Shown piece after piece: positions 19,658 through 29,488 of a stretch of DNA of 64,000 bases. This stretch comes from Gammaproteobacteria bacterium. GTDB lineage: Bacteria; Pseudomonadota; Gammaproteobacteria; UBA4575. A program made the translations under genes and the position numbers. Below the pieces are notes generated by a model, which saw only the letters and a program-made list of their open reading frames with translations, was not told the DNA's origin and searched no databases. The stretch covers positions 22,687-86,686 of the forward strand of contig JAPOYL010000009.1 in assembly GCA_026706595.1 (NCBI GenBank). Reading direction: 5' to 3'. Numbering within the stretch: position 1 is the stretch's first letter; every line of letters begins with the position of its first letter.

Positions 19658-19987
19658 ATGACAGAAAATCCCTCAAAACCCCAATCAGTTCGAGCTCAAA
19701 AGCATGCTGCTTCTCCAGAACATTCTGAAAGTCGACTTCGACATGTGAAGGGATTTGATTTGTATCAGGCAGACAATACAGAGTCCTATGTCCTAGATTT
19801 TCACTTTCATACTTTACAGAATTATCCTGCAGACGAAATGACAACCCTTGTGGGAGATCATTTTCCTCAAATTTTGGAAAGGAAGGATCTTCAGAAGCTT
19901 GCCTATAAAATTCTAAAGACATTGCGAGAAGAGCTTCAAGCTCCTGTCGAGAAGTGGAACGATGATATTGATTCCTTGAAGATTTAA
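19658..19987 (+). CDS. Hypothetical protein (about 109 aa). A fully overlapping 133-aa antisense ORF (19641..20042) is an alternative.
   Basis: An AGGAAA RBS lies 7 nt upstream of the ATG. The call is ambiguous between strands. Confidence 0.35.
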   Translation: MTENPSKPQSVRAQKHAASPEHSESRLRHVKGFDLYQADNTESYVLDFHFHTLQNYPADEMTTLVGDHFPQILERKDLQKLAYKILKTLREELQAPVEKWNDDIDSLKI

Positions 19988-20022
19988 AGGATTCAAAATT
20001 AATAATATTGTTGTTATTCACC

Positions 20023-20958
20023 CTAAGACACCAATTCCTCATACTTCAACCGCTTGCCTTCCATGCGCTTGGCAACAAACGCCATCTGGCGGATTGTATC
20101 CAGCTCCCTGATATTGAAGCGTCCTGCGAACTCCTGCACATAGCGATTCAGGTGCTTTTTGCTGATGTGATGATACGTGCCGTGGTACCCACGCTTGAGT
20201 AGTGCCCAGAAGGACTCGATGCCGTTGGTGTGGGCCATGCCCCTCACAAACTCACTGGTAGAATGTCGGACGGCCCTGTGGTCATAGCGTTTGTATAGTT
20301 GCATGTAAGCCCGATTATCGTCTGTGATCAGTGTGGCCTCTGGGTCCATGTTCTCGGCAATAAACTTGTGCAGCGTGTACGCCGTGGTGTCTTCGGCAGT
20401 CTTGGCCCGAATCTCTTTACTGTCTCTGCACTTCATACCGACCACAATTGCCTTGTCCGTAGCTCCTCGTCCCTTGAGAGTCTTGCGCTTGGCATTGTGC
20501 ATGTTCTTTCGCTTTCCACCCATGTAGGTCTCATCCACTTCCACAGTGCCTCGCAGAAGCCCATCGCCTTCATCAAAGGCCTCCCGAATGCGTTGTAGCA
20601 TGTACCAGGCTGACTTCTGGGTTATTCCGAGTTCCCGACTCAGCTTCATGCTGGAAATGCCCTTGAGATTAGTGGTCGCCATGTAGATCGCGATCACCCA
20701 GTGTTGGAGCTTGATCTTGGAACCTTCCATGACCGACCCTTTTTTGACGCTGAAGAATTGCCGGCAATCACGGCAGCGATAACGCATGGTCTTGTGGGTC
20801 GTATGGGTGTGGTTGACAGACCCGCAATCAGGACAGACCGGACCATCAGGCCAACGCTGCTCCTCAAGCCATTGCTCAGCAGTCCTGTCATCAGGGAACA
20901 TCTGAAGCAGCTCAATGATTGTAATCCCTTTCCGGTGTGACTTGCCTGGACCTGCCAT
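20023..20958 (-). CDS. IS1595-family (ISXO2-like) DDE transposase
   Basis: An N-terminal zinc ribbon 'PDGPVCPDCGS...YRCRDCRQFFSV', then 'KGISSMKLSRELGITQKSAWYMLQRIR' and a DDE domain (311 aa). Confidence 0.85.
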   Translation of the reverse strand: MAGPGKSHRKGITIIELLQMFPDDRTAEQWLEEQRWPDGPVCPDCGSVNHTHTTHKTMRYRCRDCRQFFSVKKGSVMEGSKIKLQHWVIAIYMATTNLKGISSMKLSRELGITQKSAWYMLQRIREAFDEGDGLLRGTVEVDETYMGGKRKNMHNAKRKTLKGRGATDKAIVVGMKCRDSKEIRAKTAEDTTAYTLHKFIAENMDPEATLITDDNRAYMQLYKRYDHRAVRHSTSEFVRGMAHTNGIESFWALLKRGYHGTYHHISKKHLNRYVQEFAGRFNIRELDTIRQMAFVAKRMEGKRLKYEELVS

Positions 20959-21086
20959 TCCTACATCTTGATCAGTTGATTATTCATGGTAACTATTCTA
21001 CCGGAAAACAGTGCGAAAGTAAAGGGTTTACCGATAGAAATATATATTACGATAGGTATATCCTATGTAGGCTGTTAGAAAAGACT

Positions 21087-21112
21087 CTCGGTAACTTTTG
21101 TATATAAGCTCC
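21087..21112. repeat. Right terminal inverted repeat (reverse complement GGAGCTTATATACAAAAGTTACCGAG)
   Basis: See the left inverted repeat. Confidence 0.75.
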
Positions 21113-21120
21113 TTTTAGTT
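21113..21120. repeat. Target-site duplication, right copy (TTTTAGTT)
   Basis: See the left copy. Confidence 0.75.
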
Positions 21121-21260
21121 GTTTAAATTCAGTAGCTTATGTTGTCAATCCCGTGCATTTACCGGTGGTATGCAGGAGATTGATGGGGATCGGCAGCCAC
21201 CGGATTCGGGGGGTCAAACACCGAGGTTCTGGGCAATTGCGTTCGTGCTGGTCCGAACGC

Positions 21261-22229
21261 TCAGCTGGGTTCAATCCGCACGATATGGCGTCCGACGGCC
21301 AGCCATGAACCCAGCAGTCCCAGCACGATGCTGGTCGCGATCAGGGCCAGGCCCTGCCTGAGATCCGGAAAAATCAGCTCGAAATTGCTGTTGTACAGAC
21401 CAATCAGGTGCTGTGCGGGCGCTTCGATGACGTACAGCACGAGCAGCACCAGCAACAGCGCCAGGCTCCCCCCCAGCAGGCCATACCACATACCGCCATA
21501 CAGGAAAGGCCTTCGCACGAAGCGGTTGGTCGCGCCGATCAGCTTGGCGACCTCGATTTCCTCGCGTCGATTCTCGATGTCCAGGCGGATGCTGTTGCCG
21601 ACCACCAGTAGCACGGAAATAGCCAGCGTGATGCCCAGTATCGTGATCGCACGGTGCACCACCTCGGTGATGGCCTGCAGTCGCTGCAGCCATTGCAGGT
21701 CGAGTTGTACATGCTCGACCTGCGGGTAGGTGCCAAGATCCTGCACCAGCCGGTCCAGTTGACCGGCCTGCTTGGCTTGCTCAAACGGGATCAGGGTCAG
21801 GGTGGGCGGCAGTGGATTTTCCTCCAGCCCTTCGATCAGGTATTCGAGCCTGCTGAATTTTCGAAACTCCGTCAGGGCCTGTTGGGCAGAAACGTACTTG
21901 ATGTTCTCGATCTCCTTGAGTTCGGCCAGGCGGGTGCGAAGTGCCTCGATCTCGGCTTCGCTGCTGTTCACGTTCAAGAACAGCGTGATTTGTCCGGAGT
22001 CGTCCCATTTCTCGGTAACCGCCTGCAGGTTGTCCAACAACAGGTACATGCAGGCCGGCAGCGCCAGGGCCACGGCGATCATCAGGATGGTCAGCGTCGA
22101 CGCGAACGGGTGGCGGTACAGCTTGCCGAGGCTGAACACCAGGCTACGCAGATGCTCACGCACCAGAGCGCGAAAGCGTGTCAGGGAGTTGGGTCGGTTC
22201 GGGATTGGTCTGCGTGTGGATGCCTGCAT
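21261..22229 (-). CDS. ftsX: Cell-division ABC transporter permease FtsX
   Basis: Four TM segments and a periplasmic loop, downstream of ftsE. Confidence 0.85.
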   Translation of the reverse strand: MQASTRRPIPNRPNSLTRFRALVREHLRSLVFSLGKLYRHPFASTLTILMIAVALALPACMYLLLDNLQAVTEKWDDSGQITLFLNVNSSEAEIEALRTRLAELKEIENIKYVSAQQALTEFRKFSRLEYLIEGLEENPLPPTLTLIPFEQAKQAGQLDRLVQDLGTYPQVEHVQLDLQWLQRLQAITEVVHRAITILGITLAISVLLVVGNSIRLDIENRREEIEVAKLIGATNRFVRRPFLYGGMWYGLLGGSLALLLVLLVLYVIEAPAQHLIGLYNSNFELIFPDLRQGLALIATSIVLGLLGSWLAVGRHIVRIEPS

Positions 22230-22266
22230 GTTCCTGTCAAGGTCTGTACTGCCGTGTCACCTGCCA

Positions 22267-22938
22267 TCAGGCCAGCTGTGCCTGTCCGTTGATACATTGT
22301 CCACCTTGCAGGCGGATGATTCGTTTACCCAGGCGTGAAATCAGGTCCAGGTCATGACTGGCCACAAGCACGGTGACGCCGACCTGGTTAAACTCGGAAA
22401 AGAGCTGCATGATTTCGGCCGATAATCCCGGGTCCAGGTTGCCGGTCGGTTCGTCGGCCAGCAAAATCGCCGGTTTGTGGACTACTGCACGTGCAATCCC
22501 GACACGCTGCTGTTCCCCCCCAGACAATGTGATAGGCATGGCCTTTTCCCTGTTCAGCAATGCCACCTTGTCCAGGGCGGCCCGCACCCGGCGCCTGATC
22601 TCGGCCCGCGCATAACCAGCGATCTGCAGCGGCAGCGACACATTGTCGAAGACGCTACGGTCATATAGCAAATGATGATCCTGGAACACGATCCCCATGA
22701 ATCTTCGCAAGTTGGGAATCTTGCGCTTGGGAATCTGCGTGATATTTTTCTGGTTGATCAAGATCCGGCCCCGGGTCGGACGCTCGATGGCCGCAATGAG
22801 TTTCAGCAGGGTGCTCTTGCCTGCTCCCGATGGCCCGGTGAGAAATGCCATTTCACCACGTTCGAGCACCAGGTCCAGTTGCGTCAGGGCTTCACGGTTT
22901 CCCGGGTATCGTTTGGTTACGTTCTGCAACTCGATCAT
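22267..22938 (-). CDS. ftsE: Cell-division ATP-binding protein FtsE
   Basis: Walker A 'GPSGAGKST', ABC signature 'LSGGEQQR' and Walker B 'LLADEPTGNLD'. Confidence 0.92.
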   Translation of the reverse strand: MIELQNVTKRYPGNREALTQLDLVLERGEMAFLTGPSGAGKSTLLKLIAAIERPTRGRILINQKNITQIPKRKIPNLRRFMGIVFQDHHLLYDRSVFDNVSLPLQIAGYARAEIRRRVRAALDKVALLNREKAMPITLSGGEQQRVGIARAVVHKPAILLADEPTGNLDPGLSAEIMQLFSEFNQVGVTVLVASHDLDLISRLGKRIIRLQGGQCINGQAQLA

Positions 22939-22965
22939 CGGTCCGTGCCTGACTCCAGTTCCGGC

Positions 22966-23883
22966 CTAGGCATGCAACAGGGCCTCGGCATACCGGTAGG
23001 CATCAAATACGCGCAGGTCCTCGATGCCCTCGCCCACACCAATATAGCGGATTGGAATCTCCAGCCTGTCTGCGATGGCAATGATGGTTCCACCCTTGGC
23101 CGTACCATCCAGCTTGGTCACGCACAGGCCGGTGAGGTTCAGTGCCTCGTGAAAGCCGAGCGCCTGCTTCAGGGCATTTTGTCCGGTGCCGGCTTCCAGC
23201 ACCAGCAGGATCTCATGCGGTGCCTCGGGGTCGATTTTTTGCATGGCCCGCTTGATCTTGAGCAGTTCATCCATCAGGTTCTGCTGGGTATGCAGCCGCC
23301 CGGCAGTATCTGCGATCAGCACGTCGATGCCGCGGGCCTTCGCAGACTGATATGCATCGAATACGACAGCCGCACTGTCGGCGCCGCTTTTTTGTGCCAC
23401 CACGGGCACCTCGATTTTCTTACCCCAGGATTGCAACTGTTCGACCGCCGCCGCCCGAAAGGTATCCCCAGCAGCCAGCAACACGGTCTGATCCTGTTCG
23501 ACCAGGCGGTGGGCGATCTTGCCGATGGTGGTGGTCTTGCCGGCACCATTGATACCGACGACCAGAATGGTGAAAGGCTTGCTGCCACGGGTCAGCAGGG
23601 GCTTGTTGCAGGCTGACATGATCTCCGCGAGGCTTTCCTGCAGCAGTGCATCCGCCCCCTGGGTCTTTCCGCTGTGCTTGCGACGCAGGCGTGATTTCAG
23701 GTCGTCGATGATCCGGGCAGTCGTATCGATTCCTACATCGGCGAGCAGCAAACGGTCTTCCAGTTCAGCAAGCAGGGCCTCACTGTTGTCCCGCCACGCA
23801 GCCGCAGGGATGCCAGCGGTCAGCGCATTCCTGGTCTTTTGCAGGCCCTGGCGCAGGCGCGAAAAAACTCCGGTTTCAGGCAT
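22966..23883 (-). CDS. ftsY: Signal recognition particle receptor FtsY (short form)
   Basis: An NG domain with 'GVNGAGKTTTIGK' and 'DTAGR'. Confidence 0.92.
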   Translation of the reverse strand: MPETGVFSRLRQGLQKTRNALTAGIPAAAWRDNSEALLAELEDRLLLADVGIDTTARIIDDLKSRLRRKHSGKTQGADALLQESLAEIMSACNKPLLTRGSKPFTILVVGINGAGKTTTIGKIAHRLVEQDQTVLLAAGDTFRAAAVEQLQSWGKKIEVPVVAQKSGADSAAVVFDAYQSAKARGIDVLIADTAGRLHTQQNLMDELLKIKRAMQKIDPEAPHEILLVLEAGTGQNALKQALGFHEALNLTGLCVTKLDGTAKGGTIIAIADRLEIPIRYIGVGEGIEDLRVFDAYRYAEALLHA

Positions 23884-23943
23884 GGATTTCGGGCAAACAG
23901 TTATAGTAAGGTTCGCTGATCATACATCAATGCATCCAGTGCG

Positions 23944-25347
23944 GTGCTTATCCTAACACCCCTATACTCGTCATTTATGAATGTAATCAAAATTGCCGGA
24001 TTGTGGCTGGTTGCGGCGCTCATTTGCCATGTACAGGCCGGTGTCGGCGATACCCACGAGATGGTGCTGGACAATGGACTGAAAATCATTGTCAAGGAAG
24101 ACCATCGGGCACCGGTGGTGGTTTCCCAAATCTGGTACCGCGTGGGATCTGCCCAGGAACATAACGGCATCACCGGAATTTCGCACATGCTCGAACACAT
24201 GATGTTCAAGGGTACGGAAAAATATTCTGCCGAGAAATTTACATCGACACTGGCGAAAATCGGCGCACGTGACAATGCATTCACAGGGCGCGACTACACC
24301 GCCTACTTTCAAGTAATGGGCCGCGATCACCTGGAGGTGAGTTTCGACATCGAGTCGGACCGCATGGTCAACCTGATCCTCACGCAGGACGATTTCGACA
24401 GCGAGCGCGAGGTCGTCAAGGAGGAGCGGCGTTTGCGCACCGACGATGATCCGAACGCACTCGTCTACGAGCAATTGAGTGCAGCCGCTTTCACCAGCAG
24501 CCCGTATCACCATCCTGTAATCGGATGGATGAACGATCTGGAGCATCTCGAGCTCGAGGACCTGAGCCGTTGGTACCAGCGCTGGTACGCACCCAACAAT
24601 GCCACCTTGGTAGTGGTGGGGGACGTCGAGCCCGAGACCGTGTTTGCTTTGGCCCGCACCTACTTCGGCGCTATCGAGCGCCGGCATATCCGCGACAGCA
24701 AGCCGCGTGTCGAGCCCATCCAGAGCGGGTTGCGCCGCATCAAGGTGAAGGCCGTCGCCAAACTTCCATACATTCTGTTGGGATACAAGACGCCGAGCCT
24801 GACCACCGCTGAACAGGACTGGGAGCCATACGCCTTGTCGGTACTGTCCGGTGTGCTCGACGGAGGCCGCAGCGCGCGGCTCAGCAAGTACCTGGTACGG
24901 GAAATGGAGCTGGCCGCCAGTGCAGGCGCCGGATACAGCCTGTATGCCCGCTATCCCACCCTGTTCCTGCTGGAGGCCACGCCTGCACCACAGCACAGCC
25001 TGGAGGATGTCGAGCAGGCCCTCTATGCCGAGATTCGGGCACTGCAGGAAGACCTGGTCAGTGAACAGGAACTCGCCCGTGTCAAGGCACAGGTCATCGC
25101 CAGCGAAGTGTACGCTCAGGACTCCATCCGTGCGCAGGCCGGTGTAATTGGCCGGCTGGAATCGGCGGGACTGGGCTGGCGTGTGATGGACGAATACAGC
25201 CAGCACATCAACGCGATCAGTGCCGAACAGGTGCGCCAGGTGGCCCGCACCTACCTGACCGAGGATCGCCTCACCGTGTCCGTACTGGAGCCGCTGCAAG
25301 CCGGCGGGACCACCGGTGCGGCTGTGGTCTCCGATGCAGCACAGTAG
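23944..25347 (+). CDS. M16-family zinc peptidase (active subunit)
   Basis: Signal peptide and inverted zinc motif 'HMLEHMMFKGT'. Confidence 0.85.
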   Translation: MLILTPLYSSFMNVIKIAGLWLVAALICHVQAGVGDTHEMVLDNGLKIIVKEDHRAPVVVSQIWYRVGSAQEHNGITGISHMLEHMMFKGTEKYSAEKFTSTLAKIGARDNAFTGRDYTAYFQVMGRDHLEVSFDIESDRMVNLILTQDDFDSEREVVKEERRLRTDDDPNALVYEQLSAAAFTSSPYHHPVIGWMNDLEHLELEDLSRWYQRWYAPNNATLVVVGDVEPETVFALARTYFGAIERRHIRDSKPRVEPIQSGLRRIKVKAVAKLPYILLGYKTPSLTTAEQDWEPYALSVLSGVLDGGRSARLSKYLVREMELAASAGAGYSLYARYPTLFLLEATPAPQHSLEDVEQALYAEIRALQEDLVSEQELARVKAQVIASEVYAQDSIRAQAGVIGRLESAGLGWRVMDEYSQHINAISAEQVRQVARTYLTEDRLTVSVLEPLQAGGTTGAAVVSDAAQ

Positions 25348-26662
25348 TACACCATTGAGAGCTGCCTGCGGCACCCTATGGCTATGTGCAGCGCTGCTCG
25401 GAAATGCCCTGGCGGCACCTTCGATCGAGCAGTGGACCAGTGCCCAGACCGTTCGCACCCTGTTTGTGGCAGCCCCGGAGTTGCCAATGCTGGACATCGC
25501 CGTGACCTTTGGTGCCGGCAGTGACCGGGACGCTGAGCTTGCCGGCCTCTCGCAGATCACGCACGCCCTCCTGAGTGCCGGTACCGATGCCATGGATGCC
25601 GATGCGGTGGCCGAGAGATTCGAAGAGGTCGGCGCCCGCTACGGGTACGACGTCAATCTGGATCATTCCAGAGTCAGCTTGCGCAGTCTGACCGAGGAGC
25701 AGCTGCTTGAACCGGCGTTGTCAACCTTCGTCGAGATCCTGACCCGACCCGACTTTCCGCAAAAGGACTTCCTGCGTTTGAAGAACCAGGCACTCACAGC
25801 AATTCGCGATGAGCAGCAACGGCCGGACAGGATCGCCGGCAAGGCGTTCTACCAGGCCGTATACGGCACTCATCCCTACGCTCAGCCCGTCTCGGGAAGT
25901 GAGAGCAGCATGCAGGCTATTGAACTGGCGGATGTCAAGGCATTCCAGCAGCAGTATCTGGTTGCGGAAAATGCCACAATTGCCATCGTTGGAGACCTGG
26001 ATACGGATCAGGCCCGCCGAATTTCCGAGTACATTGCATCCCATCTTCCCAGGGGCGCACGGCCAGCCACTGCGCCACCCCCGCAACCTGCATCAGAGGA
26101 CCAGTACCGGTTTATTCCCTATCCCTCCCAGCAGTCGCATGTCTACCTGGGGCAGTTGGGCATTGCCCGGGGAGACCCGGATTATTTCATCCTCTATACC
26201 GGCAATTATGTCCTGGGCGGAGGCGGCTTCAGCTCGCGTTTGATGAAAAGGATCCGCAAACAACTGGGGTTGTCCTACAGCGTGTACAGTTATTTTTTCC
26301 CCTTGCAGCAACCGGGGCCTTTCATGCTGGGTCTGCAGACACGCGCCGATCAGGCCCAGATGGCACTCGATCAGGCCTCGCGGCTGGTTCAGGACTATGT
26401 GGACCAGGGGCCCAGCGAGGAAGAACTGGAACTCGCCAAGAAAAGCATCATCGGCGGTTTTCCGTTACGGGTAGACCAGAATAGCGATATCCTGGCGTAT
26501 TTGTCGTTGATCGGGTACTACGACTTGCCTCTGGACTACCTCGAGACCTTCACCACACACATTGCTGAGGTCACACGGGAGGATGTCCGGGTAGCGTTCA
26601 GCCGACATTTGCACACTGACCGCATGGTCAAGATTGTCGTTGGTGGTCCCGAAGAGGAATAG
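25316..26662 (+). CDS. M16-family peptidase, non-catalytic partner subunit
   Basis: M16 fold without HxxEH, overlapping the upstream gene. Confidence 0.8.
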   Translation: MRLWSPMQHSSTPLRAACGTLWLCAALLGNALAAPSIEQWTSAQTVRTLFVAAPELPMLDIAVTFGAGSDRDAELAGLSQITHALLSAGTDAMDADAVAERFEEVGARYGYDVNLDHSRVSLRSLTEEQLLEPALSTFVEILTRPDFPQKDFLRLKNQALTAIRDEQQRPDRIAGKAFYQAVYGTHPYAQPVSGSESSMQAIELADVKAFQQQYLVAENATIAIVGDLDTDQARRISEYIASHLPRGARPATAPPPQPASEDQYRFIPYPSQQSHVYLGQLGIARGDPDYFILYTGNYVLGGGGFSSRLMKRIRKQLGLSYSVYSYFFPLQQPGPFMLGLQTRADQAQMALDQASRLVQDYVDQGPSEEELELAKKSIIGGFPLRVDQNSDILAYLSLIGYYDLPLDYLETFTTHIAEVTREDVRVAFSRHLHTDRMVKIVVGGPEEE

Positions 26663-27212
26663 TCTGCGCATCGTCGGCGGCGTTTGGCGCAGCCGTCGGA
26701 TCCAGTTTGCAGACAACCCGGATATCCGGCCCACTCCAGACCGGGTGCGCGAGACCCTGTTCAACTGGCTGGCCGACAAAATTGAGGGTGCACGCTGCCT
26801 GGACCTGTTTGCAGGCAGTGGTGCGCTGGGGTTTGAGGCAGCCTCCCGGGGGGCTGCGCATGTCACCCAGGTGGATCGCAATGCTTCGGTTGCGGCAATG
26901 CTAGAGTTGCAGAAACAAGCCTTGCAGGCCCGGCAGGTGGATATCGTATGCCAGGATGCACTGGACTATGTGCAGCAGGCAAGAGAGCCGTTTGATATCG
27001 TGTTCCTCGATCCTCCTTTTGCAACAGACCTGGACAGGCAGATATTGCCGGCGCTGGTCACTCGCCGGCTGTTGCGCCCGCCCGCCCGGGTCTATGTGGA
27101 ATCCCCGGTCGATCGGATCCTGGAATTCCCGGGTTCCCTGGACTGCATCCGCGAGAAAACGGCAGGGCAGGTGCGTTACCAGCTGTATGCGCTGGAAGAT
27201 GAAATCGTGTGA
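26634..27212 (+). CDS. rsmD: 16S rRNA (guanine966-N2)-methyltransferase
   Basis: 'RIVGGVWRSRRIQF', 'LDLFAGSGALGFEA' and 'VFLDPPF'. Confidence 0.85.
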   Translation: MSLVVPKRNSLRIVGGVWRSRRIQFADNPDIRPTPDRVRETLFNWLADKIEGARCLDLFAGSGALGFEAASRGAAHVTQVDRNASVAAMLELQKQALQARQVDIVCQDALDYVQQAREPFDIVFLDPPFATDLDRQILPALVTRRLLRPPARVYVESPVDRILEFPGSLDCIREKTAGQVRYQLYALEDEIV

Positions 27213-27249
27213 CAGAGCCCCCGGGGGCGCCGGGCCCGCTTCATGCTAG

Positions 27250-27744
<495 letters not shown>

Positions 27745-27760
27745 AACCCTTTTGTTCGAA

Positions 27761-29479
27761 GTGCGGATTCTGGTCTTCGTGTGCCTGGCATGGGGGGCGA
27801 TCTCCTGCGGCACGTCCCCGACTGACAAACCCGCTCCGTCGAGCTCGCTATCCCAGCCCGCCCTCACAGATTATGCCGTGGCCAGTGCCCATCCACTGGC
27901 CACCCAGGCAGGCATCGATATCCTGCGTCAGGGCGGCAACGCCTTCGATGCGGCCGTAGCGGTAACCGCATGCCTGGCTGTGGTGGAGCCCTACGCCTCG
28001 GGGCTGGGAGGCGGCGGCTTCTGGCTGTTGCACACGGCATCGGATGGACGCAATATCATGCTGGATGGAAGGGAGGTGGCACCGCTTGCAGCGACCCAGG
28101 ACATGTATCTGGATGATGCTGGAAGACCCACCCGAGAGTCCGTCGTAGGTCCCCTGGCTGCAGGCATCCCAGGCCTCCCTGCAGCCCTCGTTCACCTGTC
28201 GGACAGGTACGGGCGGCTTCCCCTTGATCTCACCTTGCACGCGGCCATCCGACATGCCCATGAGGGTTTCGAGGTGAGCGCACGTTATCAAAGGCTGGCC
28301 ACAGCCGTGCTCGACCACTTGCACGAGGATGCCGGGGGAACTTCGGTTTTCCTGGAGCAGGGCAGCGCGCCCGAACCCGGCTATGTGCTCCGGCAACCGC
28401 AATTGGCCCGCGTGCTGGAGCGCATCCGCGACGAGGGTGCTGACGGATTCTATCGGGGAGAAGTGGCAGCATTGCTGGTCCAGGGCGTGCAGCAGGCCGG
28501 AGGAATCTGGCAGATGCAGGACCTGGCGCAATACCGGGTACAGGAACGAAAGCCGGTTTCCGGCACCTATGCGAACATGAGGGTCACCAGCGCTGCGCTG
28601 CCTTCATCAGGAGGCATCGTATTGATGCAGATGCTCAACATGTTGTCGTTGCTGGACCTGTCACAGATGGAAGTCACACAGCGCACTCATGCACTGGTCG
28701 AGGTGATGCGCCGGGCGTATGTCGACCGTGCCAGGTATCTCGGGGATGCGGACCATGTCGAGGTGCCCGTCAAGCGTCTTCTGTCGGCACAGCATGCAAC
28801 CCGCATGCTGGCGGATTTCAACCCGAAGCAAGCTTCCCCGAGCAGCGCATACCTCAAGGAACCGGCCGGTCAGCAGGGTGGTGAACCTGCAGAGGGCCGC
28901 AACACCACGCATTTTTCCGTCACTGACCGCGAGGGCAACTACGTCGCTGCCACGCTCTCCATCAACTACCCGTTTGGCTCGGGATTTGTGCCGCCCGGCA
29001 CGGGCATCCTGCTGAACAACGAAATGGACGATTTTTCGATCAAGCCCGGACACTCCAACCTGTATGGCCTGACCGGCAACCGTGCAAATGCCATCGAGGC
29101 TGGCAAACGCATGCTCTCAAGCATGTCGCCTACGTTTCTGGATGACGGTGAGCGAGTTGCGATTTTGGGGACCCCGGGCGGCAGCCGGATCATCACCATG
29201 GTGTTGCTGGCGGCGCTGGAATTTGCCCGTGGTGGGGATGCGAACGCCATGGTCTCGCGGCCACGCTTTCATCACCAGTTCGTCCCGGACCACATCGAGT
29301 TTGAAGACGGGGCCTTCGATGCAGCCACACTGGCTGCACTCGCCGGGCTGGGACACACGCTGCAGGCTACCTCTCGCAGTTACGGGGACATGCATGCCGT
29401 CATCTGGAATCGGAAGACCGGGCACGTGACCGCAGCCAGCGATCCTCGGGGCCTGGGTCTTGCGCAGGTCGGCGAGTGA
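27761..29479 (+). CDS. ggt: Gamma-glutamyltranspeptidase
   Basis: Autoprocessing Thr 'TTHFSVTDREGN' and 'GTPGGSRII'. The start is placed at the GTG at 27761, after the coaD stop, giving a lipoprotein-like N-terminus. Confidence 0.85.
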   Translation: MRILVFVCLAWGAISCGTSPTDKPAPSSSLSQPALTDYAVASAHPLATQAGIDILRQGGNAFDAAVAVTACLAVVEPYASGLGGGGFWLLHTASDGRNIMLDGREVAPLAATQDMYLDDAGRPTRESVVGPLAAGIPGLPAALVHLSDRYGRLPLDLTLHAAIRHAHEGFEVSARYQRLATAVLDHLHEDAGGTSVFLEQGSAPEPGYVLRQPQLARVLERIRDEGADGFYRGEVAALLVQGVQQAGGIWQMQDLAQYRVQERKPVSGTYANMRVTSAALPSSGGIVLMQMLNMLSLLDLSQMEVTQRTHALVEVMRRAYVDRARYLGDADHVEVPVKRLLSAQHATRMLADFNPKQASPSSAYLKEPAGQQGGEPAEGRNTTHFSVTDREGNYVAATLSINYPFGSGFVPPGTGILLNNEMDDFSIKPGHSNLYGLTGNRANAIEAGKRMLSSMSPTFLDDGERVAILGTPGGSRIITMVLLAALEFARGGDANAMVSRPRFHHQFVPDHIEFEDGAFDAATLAALAGLGHTLQATSRSYGDMHAVIWNRKTGHVTAASDPRGLGLAQVGE

Positions 29480-29488
29480 CGGCCTGCA

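Larger units (their letters stand above)
17525..21112. mobile_element. IS1595-family transposon (3588 bp) carrying passenger genes
   Basis: 26-bp terminal inverted repeats (21 of 26 identical). Flanked by a perfect 8-bp direct repeat TTTTAGTT. AT-rich relative to the flanks. Encodes an IS1595-type transposase. It interrupts the otherwise conserved ftsYEX-rpoH arrangement. Confidence 0.8.

Noticed and set aside
20959-21086. Separate inner terminal repeats for a minimal 1-kb IS around the transposase gene.
   Set aside because: No convincing inverted repeat pair could be aligned between 19985..20030 and 20959..21010. The only clear inverted repeats and target duplication are those of the full 3.6-kb element.
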